Positions 1 through 7,246 of a DNA stretch of 16,811 nucleotides are shown piece by piece (the stretch's first letter is position 1; the number at the start of each line of letters is the position of its first letter). The position numbers were made by a program, and so were the translations under genes. The DNA lies in the NCBI GenBank assembly GCA_036478295.1, contig JAZGDW010000314.1, positions 1-16,811 of the forward strand, read 5' to 3'. The notes below the pieces were generated by a model, which saw only the letters and a program-made list of their open reading frames with translations, did not search any database and had not been told where the DNA came from. Source of the DNA: Candidatus Krumholzibacteriia bacterium (GTDB lineage: Bacteria; Krumholzibacteriota; Krumholzibacteriia; WVZY01).

Positions 1-131
1 CGTATGAGTGGTGGTTGGGCGAACCATGGCATGGCACTCTCAAAGCAGGCAGGAATAGGTTTGCAAGTAGCTTAACAAAGTGTTGACCGTTGGCCAAGCG
101 GGGAAACGCGGCATACAAATCAGGGCAAACG

Positions 132-692
132 CTACTCAACGTACATAGCCTTTACTCGGCCCCAGCTCATCGCCTCCACCGGAACCGGAACCGAACACGG
201 GCAGGCGATCGTACCGTTGACCGTGTGGGTGAGCCCGACCCCAAAGGCAAGTTGGCCGGAGCAAAGGTCAACTTCAATCTGGCCAGACACGCTGCCCGGA
301 TCCGCTTGAACCGTGTACTCGCAGCAGAACGGTGTGGCACCGCTCATATAATTGATGGTCAGAACGTGGATCGGGCCCGCGAGACACGCACCATAACCAA
401 TCGCGACACCGGTCTGCGAACTGCCGACTGTTACCGGAAAAACCACCGTGTCGGAGAGATGTACCGAACCAGTTGTGAGCATACAGAGAGGCGCGCTCGC
501 ACGAAACCGGGAGGCCGTGGCGCCCGGCGTCAGTGTATGCACGACAAAGATACTCAGCACTGACCCGATACTCCCAGTAACGTTACAGTCGAGACCCAGC
601 GGATCGGCGTACGTACCAATGGCACCCGCCTGGCCGAACGTGAGGCTAGCGCCAAGTAGCATGGCCGTGGCTAGCAGTAATCCTCGTTTCAT
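132..692 (-). CDS. Secreted cysteine-rich hypothetical protein (186 aa) with N-terminal signal peptide and C-terminal SWGxxKxxY motif
   Basis: Start reassigned from the ORF-track start (779) to the ATG at 690-692. MKRGLLLATAMLLGASLTFG|QA looks like a Sec signal peptide. A G-rich RBS-like tract (GGGGG) precedes this ATG and a promoter lies upstream at 736-767. The protein has 8 Cys and ends PVPVEAMSWGRVKAMYVE. Confidence 0.8.
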   Translation of the reverse strand: MKRGLLLATAMLLGASLTFGQAGAIGTYADPLGLDCNVTGSIGSVLSIFVVHTLTPGATASRFRASAPLCMLTTGSVHLSDTVVFPVTVGSSQTGVAIGYGACLAGPIHVLTINYMSGATPFCCEYTVQADPGSVSGQIEVDLCSGQLAFGVGLTHTVNGTIACPCSVPVPVEAMSWGRVKAMYVE

Positions 693-735
693 GGCACGCC
701 CCCGGGGTTGCGCAACGTCAGTCACAGGTCGATGC

Positions 736-767
736 AGTATACCAGATCGACGGCGGGGTGGCAGCGA
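736..767 (-). promoter_or_regulatory. Putative sigma70 promoter for the secreted protein gene
   Basis: Minus strand reads CTGCCA-17 nt-TATACT with an extended -10 TG (TGgTATACT), about 45 nt upstream of the ATG at 692. Confidence 0.5.
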
Positions 768-779
768 CGAGATGAGCAC

Positions 780-2102
780 TCATGGCGAATGATTTCGACA
801 AAACCGTGAGACGATGTCGGGACCCATCAGTCTCTCGGCTTCGAGTCGATTGTGCCAGGAGCAGAGCAACCTCAGATTGGAGGCCTCATTGCGCCCACCC
901 CGGGCGACCGGCAACACGTGATCGATCTCGAGTCCATTCCGTGATCCACATCGCCGGCCACTCGTGCCTTTGAAGCGGCATCGCCCGCCGTCTCGTGCGT
1001 AGACCGCGTCGCGAATCGCAGCCGGTATGGGTCGCCGACCGGAGGCCTCAGAGCGCTGCGGGGCGTTCGAGCCGGTCTTTGCATCGGTTATCTTGTTCCG
1101 CTTGCTGTTCTTATCGGCCGTACTGCTCCTGTCGCTCTGGTCGTTTGTGTCAACCTTAATGCTCCTGCCGCTCTGGCCGTTTGTGTCAACCTGAACGCTC
1201 CTGCTGCGCTTCCCGTTTGTGTCAGCCTCGCTGTTCCTATTGCTCCTGTCGTTTCTGCCACTCGTTTCTTGCGTTGCTGCTTCTTGCAGCCCGCGCTTCC
1301 CGCACCGAGCTTTCTTGTCATTCATATGTCGATTTTCTGCCTTGCGCAATTTGCGCTTTTCCCGTCTTTCCCGTCGCTTGATCGGGCTGCGGCGTTCGAT
1401 GACGTCGTCCAGCGCCGCCTCGAAGACACGCGCGAACGATGCCCTGCCGAGACCATTCGACAGCAGCGAGCGCGCCGCCTCGTATTTTTTCATGAAGCCC
1501 GCACTGGCCAGGAATTGGATCAAGAGCTTCTGCTCGATCTGGGGGCCCGAAACTGGGGCACTTACCTCTCCCTGCGGCCCGGCCTTGTGAAATCTCTCAT
1601 TAGTCCCAGACTGGGACTCCCCGCGGGGCTGCCGCAGTATCGGCGCGCCAGCCGGCTCCAACACCGCAACCCGCACCGGCCGCACCCGGTCCCGGTAGGC
1701 CACCGGAGTGCGGTATTGCGCCACCAGTGCCTCGACCTCACCCTGGGTCCGGTTGCGGGCGCCGCGCAGAATAGCCTCCTTGTTCTCATCATTGAGCGCT
1801 GGGGCGATCAGCGAAACGGTCATGAGAGACATCTCGTTCTTGGCCAGAAGGGACCGAAGCTCCGGATAGCGCCGCACACACCGGGCCGCCACGATCCGGC
1901 GCCCGGCCGCCGACCGGGAATATCCCAGGCGCTCCGTGCAATACTCCCATAGCGAGGCGTAGCCGAGTTTTAGATGAAACCTGCGAGACTCGACCTCGGC
2001 GATATGAAGCAGAATCTCGAGGGTGGTCTTGCGTTCCTTCTGAACGAGTGCCTGGAGACGGGAGAGCAGTTCCTTGCTCGAGAGAAGTGACAGGGTGTTC
2101 AT
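780..2102 (-). CDS. HNH endonuclease domain protein (helical DUF222/13E12-like N-terminus, low-complexity linker, C-terminal zinc-binding HNH domain)
   Basis: The C-terminal RPIPAAIRDAVYARDGGRC...RC...LEIDHVLPVARGGRNEASNLRLLCSWHN is a canonical HNH signature. The N-terminal 'LGYASLWEYCTERLGYS..AA.RRI.AAR' resembles multicopy orphan HNH proteins (family assignment from recall). Strong SD AGGAGGT at 2111-2117. Confidence 0.85.
   Translation of the reverse strand: MNTLSLLSSKELLSRLQALVQKERKTTLEILLHIAEVESRRFHLKLGYASLWEYCTERLGYSRSAAGRRIVAARCVRRYPELRSLLAKNEMSLMTVSLIAPALNDENKEAILRGARNRTQGEVEALVAQYRTPVAYRDRVRPVRVAVLEPAGAPILRQPRGESQSGTNERFHKAGPQGEVSAPVSGPQIEQKLLIQFLASAGFMKKYEAARSLLSNGLGRASFARVFEAALDDVIERRSPIKRRERREKRKLRKAENRHMNDKKARCGKRGLQEAATQETSGRNDRSNRNSEADTNGKRSRSVQVDTNGQSGRSIKVDTNDQSDRSSTADKNSKRNKITDAKTGSNAPQRSEASGRRPIPAAIRDAVYARDGGRCRFKGTSGRRCGSRNGLEIDHVLPVARGGRNEASNLRLLCSWHNRLEAERLMGPDIVSRFCRNHSP
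1088..1231. repeat. Intragenic 36-bp (12-codon) tandem repeat, 3 clear copies plus 1 degenerate copy
   Basis: Copies: 1124-1159 tgctcctgtcgctctggtcgtttgtgtcaaccttaa; 1160-1195 tgctcctgccgctctggccgtttgtgtcaacctgaa; 1196-1231 cgctcctgctgcgcttcccgtttgtgtcagcctcgc; degenerate copy at 1088-1123. Encodes EADTNGKRSRSV/QVDTNGQSGRSI/KVDTNDQSDRSS/TADKNSKRNKIT. Confidence 0.85.
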
Positions 2103-2158
2103 GACAAAATACCTCCTCGTGTAGAGATGTCCGGGGACAACGGGGAGGAACGCTGTCA
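2102..2158 (-). promoter_or_regulatory. Predicted 5' UTR hairpin sequestering the Shine-Dalgarno and start of the HNH gene
   Basis: mRNA: UGACAG-cguu-CCUCC-c-CGU-u-GU...AC-ACG-a-GGAGG-uauu-UUGUCA(UG). The anti-SD CCUCC pairs with GGAGG, and UGACAG pairs with UUGUCA, which includes the A of the AUG. Confidence 0.5.
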
Positions 2159-2182
2159 GGTCGGGATGTTCATGCTGGTTTT

Positions 2183-2191
2183 ATTATAACA
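2183..2191 (-). promoter_or_regulatory. Extended -10 promoter (TGnTATAAT) of the HNH gene
   Basis: Perfect TGtTATAAT on the minus strand about 80 nt upstream of the start codon, in an otherwise GC-rich genome. Confidence 0.65.
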
Positions 2192-2475
2192 TGCGCATCT
2201 GAGACGACCGCTGGTGCAGGAAGATGAACGATCGCGCGTGTCTTTGACAAAACCGTCACAAGTGGCGAGTCGAAGGATCACAAAGCCCGTTCGAAGCGGA
2301 CATAAACACTGAGCGAGCAACCGTCGCTCAACAACAGGACCGTTCAAAAACCCGTCAAGTTCTTTTTGAAAAAAGTGTTGGAAAAAGCGTCGAACAACTA
2401 TCGTATGAACCGCGAGCCCGTTGACAGATTGAATTCGATCACGAATCGTCGCCTGAATACTCTGCCAACAACCCT

Positions 2476-2499
2476 GAAAACGTGGATCCGTTTCCACGT
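2476..2499 (-). terminator. Possible weak intrinsic terminator downstream of tRNA-Arg
   Basis: 7-bp stem ACGTGGA/TCCACGT with a 6-nt loop, followed by a short U tract (UUUC) on the minus strand. Confidence 0.3.
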
Positions 2500-2634
2500 C
2501 AGTCGGCGAGAAATCCACAATCTGCGGCATTTTAACAAGGATGTAAACGGGACACGGAGGGCGGTTCAAGCAGGAGACACAACACTAAGCGAACGGACGC
2601 GTTATTGGAGTCGGACCGCGGCCCCAGGGAAAAT

Positions 2635-2711
2635 TGGTACGCCCGAGAGGATTCGAACCTCCGACACCCGGCTCCGGAGGCCGGTGCTCTATCCAGCTGA
2701 GCTACGGGCGC
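2635..2711 (-). tRNA. tRNA-Arg (anticodon CCG), 77 nt, CCA encoded
   Basis: GCGCCCG-TA-GCTC-AGCTGGATA-GAGC-A-CCGGC-CT[CCG]GA-GCCGG-GTGTC-GGAGG-TTCGAAT-CCTCT-CGGGCGT-A-CCA forms a complete cloverleaf with a TTCG T-loop. Confidence 0.97.
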
Positions 2712-4414
2712 ACCTGTTTGGTTGGTCTCTTGCTCTCAGTTTGCAGCATTTCCCTGGCGAGCGCCAACCTTTTCTGACTGTCGCCGCCGAGCATGCGCGA
2801 GATCTCCCGCAGGCGCTCTTCGCCTTCGACCCGTGCGACACTCGCCGCGGTCCGTCCTCCCGCCGTGCGCTTGCGCACCACCAGGTGGCGGCGGGCGTGC
2901 GCGGCAATCTGCGGCATGTGTGTGATACAGATAATCTGGTACTTCCCCGCCAGCGCGCCGAGTTTGCCGGCAATCACATCGCCCAGGTCCGCTCCGACAC
3001 CGGCATCCACTTCGTCGAATACGAGCACGCTGCCCTCTCGCCCAATGCTGACAACGGTTTTGAGTGCGAGCGCGATGCGGGACAGTTCTCCACTCGATGC
3101 GATTTCACCGACGCTGCCCTCCGCTTCGCCCGGGTTGGTGCGCACGTGGAACACCACCCGGTCGATGCCGTCGGGAAACAGGTGCACGGGCCTGCCTTCG
3201 ATCAGTATGTCACCCGCTTCGGCAACCTCGCATGAAATGTCCGTGCGGAACGACGCTCCGCGCATCATGAGCTGGCCGATCTCACGCGTCATGGTCTGGT
3301 CCAGCGTCGCGGCCGCCGTCTTGCGCGAAGCCGTGAGACCCATTGCCGCCTTCCGTACCACCACCGCGCATTTCGTCTGATCCGCTACGAGTTTCGCACG
3401 CTCCTCATCTTCGAAAGCGAGCGATTCGAGCTCGTCCCGCCAGCGGTTGCACTCCCTTATCAACTCCGAAATCGGCAGCTGGTAACGCCGCTCGAGACCG
3501 ACGAGATAGCCCAGCCGGTCCTGCATTTCCTCGAGCGTCGCCGCATCGAACTCCAGCGATTCGACCAGAGTCCGCATTTCTGAGGCGCTGTCTTTGAGTG
3601 TAATCTCGGCACCGTCGAGTGCAGCCGCGATTTTTTCAAACCGCTCGTCCAGGTCCGCAACGCGCTCGATGCCCTTGCGTGCCCGTGCCACCGCACCGAC
3701 AGCGGATGCGTCATTATCGTAGATGAGGTCGCATGCCTCGGAGAGCGCCCGGTAAATCTCTTGCGCGTTTTCCATCAGGCGCACCCGACCCTCGAGTGCT
3801 TCCTTCTCGCCCGGTTCGAGGCGTGCCCGGCCGAGCTCGTCGATGCGGTGTTCGAGGAGCTCCTTTTTCTCTTTGAGTATCTCGAGCTTACGGTCGAAAC
3901 CTTCCACGCGTGTCTGGGCCGCGCGATACGCCTCCAACGCCTTCTGGTAGCGTGTCCGCTGCTCGGCGTTCGATGCCAGCTTGTCCAGGTAGGTGATGTG
4001 GTTGTCTTCGTGCCGGAGCTGCAGCTGTTCGTTTTGCCCGTGTGGCTCGATCAGCTCGCGCACGATCTCGTGCAACTGTTTGAGCGGTTGCGCCTGCCCG
4101 TTCACGAATGCGAAGCTGCGCCCGCTGCGGTGGATCTCGCGTCGCAGTACCAGCCGCTTGCCATCGGTTGCACCGAAGAGAAGTGCGACGGGCAGCGGTC
4201 TGCCGAGGAGAAACTCGCCCTCGACGACGGCCTTTTCCTCACCGGCCCGAATCGCGCGCACCGGGGTGCGCTCGCCGAGCAGTATGTTGACGGCGCTCAG
4301 GATCAGCGACTTGCCGGCGCCGGTCGAGCCGGTGAGCACGTTGAGCCCCTCCGTGAATGACAGGTTGGCATCCTCGACCACGGCGAGATTCTTGATGCGA
4401 AGTGTTTGCAGCAT
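2702..4414 (-). CDS. recN: DNA repair protein RecN (SMC-like ATPase)
   Basis: N-terminal MLQTLRIKNLAVV, Walker A LTGSTGAGKS, central coiled coil, signature ASSGELSR, Walker B VFDEVDAG and ITHMPQIAA. Sits next to nadK as is typical. Confidence 0.95.
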   Translation of the reverse strand: MLQTLRIKNLAVVEDANLSFTEGLNVLTGSTGAGKSLILSAVNILLGERTPVRAIRAGEEKAVVEGEFLLGRPLPVALLFGATDGKRLVLRREIHRSGRSFAFVNGQAQPLKQLHEIVRELIEPHGQNEQLQLRHEDNHITYLDKLASNAEQRTRYQKALEAYRAAQTRVEGFDRKLEILKEKKELLEHRIDELGRARLEPGEKEALEGRVRLMENAQEIYRALSEACDLIYDNDASAVGAVARARKGIERVADLDERFEKIAAALDGAEITLKDSASEMRTLVESLEFDAATLEEMQDRLGYLVGLERRYQLPISELIRECNRWRDELESLAFEDEERAKLVADQTKCAVVVRKAAMGLTASRKTAAATLDQTMTREIGQLMMRGASFRTDISCEVAEAGDILIEGRPVHLFPDGIDRVVFHVRTNPGEAEGSVGEIASSGELSRIALALKTVVSIGREGSVLVFDEVDAGVGADLGDVIAGKLGALAGKYQIICITHMPQIAAHARRHLVVRKRTAGGRTAASVARVEGEERLREISRMLGGDSQKRLALAREMLQTESKRPTKQVRP

Positions 4415-4433
4415 GTGGTTTTCTTTCGCGGTG

Positions 4434-5276
4434 CTAGAGCTTTTCCCGCAGAAGATTGAAGAAATCGTAATCGCTTGGAACGACCAGGTTCGTCGGGCGC
4501 TCGTTTTTCTGGACGACGACGTGCTGCCCTGCTCCCAGGTCGACGCCGACCTGGCCGTCGACCGTCACCCGGATGTCGGACGACGGCGAAACGATGTGTA
4601 CGGTGACCTCGGCGTCCGCATCGAGAACGATCGGGCGGTCGCTGAGCGTGTGCGGGTTGAGGGGCGTCATGAGGATGGCCTTTATGGTCGGTGACAGCAA
4701 CGGCCCGCCGGCGGACAGCGAGTACGCCGTCGATCCGGTGGCCGTGGCCAGGATGACTCCGTCCGCCGAGAACTCCCGCATCTTGGCCCCGTCGACCTCG
4801 GCGCGAAGCGTCACCATGCGTGAAAAACCGCTGGTGTGCACCACGACATCGTTGAGCGCGGTAAAAGACCCGACGCGCGTCTGCCCCTGCATGACGTTCG
4901 CCTGGATGCGCATGCGCTCCTGGATCTCGAACTTGCCGACTTTGATCTGCTCGATGGTCGACGCGCTGAGTGTCTCGGTCAGGAAACCCAGGTGCCCCGC
5001 CTTGATACCGAGGATGGGGGTCCCGGACGCTTCGTACTCACGCGCGACCCGGAGGATGGTGCCGTCGCCACCCAACGCGGCGATGAGGTCGCAGTCGCCG
5101 GGAATCCCCGATGCGACCCCCTTGGTACCACCGAGAAAATCATGAAGCTTCTCGGTAACGAACACCTCGAAGCCCGCGTCGACGAGACCGGGTAAAAAAT
5201 CCTGCAAAACCTGCGCGATGTCTTCTTTTTCGAGATTTGCGGCGACGCCGATCCGCCGAAAAGTGTGGTGTTTCAT
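4434..5276 (-). CDS. nadK: NAD(+) kinase
   Basis: GGDGT motif, G..GHLGFL, LND and ADG....TATGSTAYSLSAGGP motifs. Confidence 0.95.
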   Translation of the reverse strand: MKHHTFRRIGVAANLEKEDIAQVLQDFLPGLVDAGFEVFVTEKLHDFLGGTKGVASGIPGDCDLIAALGGDGTILRVAREYEASGTPILGIKAGHLGFLTETLSASTIEQIKVGKFEIQERMRIQANVMQGQTRVGSFTALNDVVVHTSGFSRMVTLRAEVDGAKMREFSADGVILATATGSTAYSLSAGGPLLSPTIKAILMTPLNPHTLSDRPIVLDADAEVTVHIVSPSSDIRVTVDGQVGVDLGAGQHVVVQKNERPTNLVVPSDYDFFNLLREKL

Positions 5277-5305
5277 GGGGAGGTTTCCAATGCTTTACGA
5301 GCAGC

Positions 5306-7231
5306 TCACGCGGATTTCGATTTGCGGGCCACCGAGTCGATCACACGCCTGCCCGTCTGCAGTGCGTCCAGTGCCGTCTGCGCGAGATTCTCCGCGGTAA
5401 GGCCGCATTGCGCCAGGAGATCACCCCTCGGCGCGTGCTCCATGAACCGGTCCGGGACGCCCAGCATCTTCACACGATTGGCATCGTAGCCAATTTCCGA
5501 CAGGTGCTGGAGGACGCCAGAACCGAAGCCACCGGACAGCACGTTTTCCTCAACGGTTATGACCAGCGGTTCGGAGTGCAGCAGGCCGTCGATCAAATCG
5601 GTATCGATCGGTTTTGCGAAGCGCGCGTTCACCACGGTCGAGTCGATGTGGTGGCCGTCGAGAAGTGACGCCGCCTCCAGCGCGGGGTAGACACAGGTGC
5701 CGTAGGCGACAAACAGAACGTTGTTGCCTTCCCGAAGGACTTCCCCTTTGCCGATGGGCAGCGCCATGAGTTCCCGGTCCATCTTGACGCCGACGCCGTT
5801 GCCGCGCGGGATACGGATGGCGCTGGGACCGTCGTGGTAGTCGATCATGGTCTTCAGCATGTGTCGCAGCTCGTTTTCGTCCCGCGGGGCCATGAGGACG
5901 AAATTCGGCACACAGCGCAGGTAACTGATGTCGAACACGCCGTGGTGGGTCGGTCCATCCTCCCCGACCACCCCCGCGCGGTCCAGAACGAAACGCACGG
6001 GCAGTTTCTGAATACCAATATCATGGATGAGCTGGTCGTAGGCGCGCTGCAGGAATGTGGAATAGATCGCCGCCACCGGTATGTAGCCCTCGGTGGACAA
6101 CCCACCGGCGAACGTGGTGGCATGCTGTTCCGCGATGCCCACGTCAAAAAAGCGCTTGGGGAATTCCCTCGCGAACGCCGTCAAGCCCGTGCCGTCCGGC
6201 ATGGCGGCGGTGATGCCGATGACCTTTTTGTTCTTGTGGCCGAGCTCCACCATCGTGTCGCTGAACACGTTGGTGTAGGCGGGCGGGCCGCCCTTCGTCT
6301 TCGCCCGATCACCGGGAACCTTGTCGAAACTACTGACCGCGTGGAAACGCTGGGAATCCGTGTCGACCCGCTCGACCCCCTTGCCTTTCTCCGTAATGAT
6401 GTGAAGCAGCACCGGACCCTTGATGTGCTTGAGGTCCTTCAATGTCTTCACCAGGAATTCGACGTTGTGCCCGTCCACAGGCCCGAAATACCGGAAGCCC
6501 AGCTCTTCGAAAATGATGCCGGGAACAATGAGATTCTTGATGCTCTCCTTGATGCGCCGTGCCAGCGCGCGGGTCTTGCCACCCAGCTTCGGGATGAGCC
6601 CGAGCAGTTCCCATACGTCCGCCTCGAAACGGTTGTACACCTTGCCGGAGGTCACGCGCGTGAGGTACTTGGACAGTGCACCGACATTTCGTGCGATCGA
6701 CATCTTGTTGTCGTTGAGGATGACGAGCATGTTCGGCTTGAGGATGCCGGTATTGTTTATCCCCTCGAAGGCAATGCCCCCGGTCAGCGCGCCGTCCCCG
6801 ACCACCGCCACCACATGATGGTGCTTGCGCGACAGGTCGCGAGCCACCGCCATGCCGAGGGCCGCGCTGATCGCCGTGCTCGCGTGCCCGACGCCAAAGG
6901 TGTCGTACTCACTCTCGCTACGGCTGGGAAAACCGCTGATGCCGCCCTTCTTGCGGATGGTATGGAAAACCTGCCGCCGGTCGGTGAGAATCTTGTGACC
7001 GTGGGCCTGGTGTCCCACGTCCCACACGATGCGGTCGCACGGCGCTTCGAACACGTAGTGCAGGGCCACCGTCAGCTCCACGGTACCGAGGCTGGCGCCG
7101 AGGTGACCGCCGTTTCTGGCGATGACCGAAATTATCTCGTGCCGCAGCTCTTCGGCGAGGTCCGGTAGCTGTTTGGATGAGAGTTTCTTGACATCCACCG
7201 GCGAGTTGATGTGGTCGAGAAGTCTGGACAT
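5306..7231 (-). CDS. dxs: 1-deoxy-D-xylulose-5-phosphate synthase
   Basis: GGHLGASLGTVEL, WDVGHQ, TPP-binding GDGALTGG...LNDN, FDVGIAEQHA, DRAG.VGEDGPTHHG. Confidence 0.97.
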   Translation of the reverse strand: MSRLLDHINSPVDVKKLSSKQLPDLAEELRHEIISVIARNGGHLGASLGTVELTVALHYVFEAPCDRIVWDVGHQAHGHKILTDRRQVFHTIRKKGGISGFPSRSESEYDTFGVGHASTAISAALGMAVARDLSRKHHHVVAVVGDGALTGGIAFEGINNTGILKPNMLVILNDNKMSIARNVGALSKYLTRVTSGKVYNRFEADVWELLGLIPKLGGKTRALARRIKESIKNLIVPGIIFEELGFRYFGPVDGHNVEFLVKTLKDLKHIKGPVLLHIITEKGKGVERVDTDSQRFHAVSSFDKVPGDRAKTKGGPPAYTNVFSDTMVELGHKNKKVIGITAAMPDGTGLTAFAREFPKRFFDVGIAEQHATTFAGGLSTEGYIPVAAIYSTFLQRAYDQLIHDIGIQKLPVRFVLDRAGVVGEDGPTHHGVFDISYLRCVPNFVLMAPRDENELRHMLKTMIDYHDGPSAIRIPRGNGVGVKMDRELMALPIGKGEVLREGNNVLFVAYGTCVYPALEAASLLDGHHIDSTVVNARFAKPIDTDLIDGLLHSEPLVITVEENVLSGGFGSGVLQHLSEIGYDANRVKMLGVPDRFMEHAPRGDLLAQCGLTAENLAQTALDALQTGRRVIDSVARKSKSA

Positions 7232-7246
7232 ACCGGGTTCCTTTGG

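Noticed and set aside
1..32. Possible start of another minus-strand gene at the left edge
   Set aside because: Two ATGs are present but fewer than 11 codons are visible; cannot be supported.
693..779. 29-codon N-terminal extension of the secreted protein given by the ORF track
   Set aside because: It would bury the signal peptide and it overlaps the predicted promoter; the ATG at 692 is preferred.
1088..1231. 36-bp repeats as a CRISPR array
   Set aside because: The units are contiguous with no spacers, in-frame within a CDS and degenerate, and there are no cas genes.
2340..2445. TTGACG (minus strand) and TTGACA (plus strand) as -35 boxes
   Set aside because: Neither has an acceptable -10 hexamer at 16-18 nt spacing.
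2156..2569. 137-aa minus-strand ORF in the tRNA-HNH gap
   Set aside because: No convincing RBS or motif, and it runs through promoter-like and A/T-tract sequence; probably non-coding.
1..2634. Integrase-type genomic island at tRNA-Arg (attL/attR)
   Set aside because: No integrase and no duplicate of the tRNA 3' end found within the window; one could lie beyond the left edge.
2366..3235. 289-aa plus-strand ORF
   Set aside because: Crosses the tRNA and recN on the antisense strand; spurious.
5834..7168. 444-aa plus-strand ORF
   Set aside because: Antisense shadow of dxs, expected from GC-rich codon bias; no recognisable motifs.
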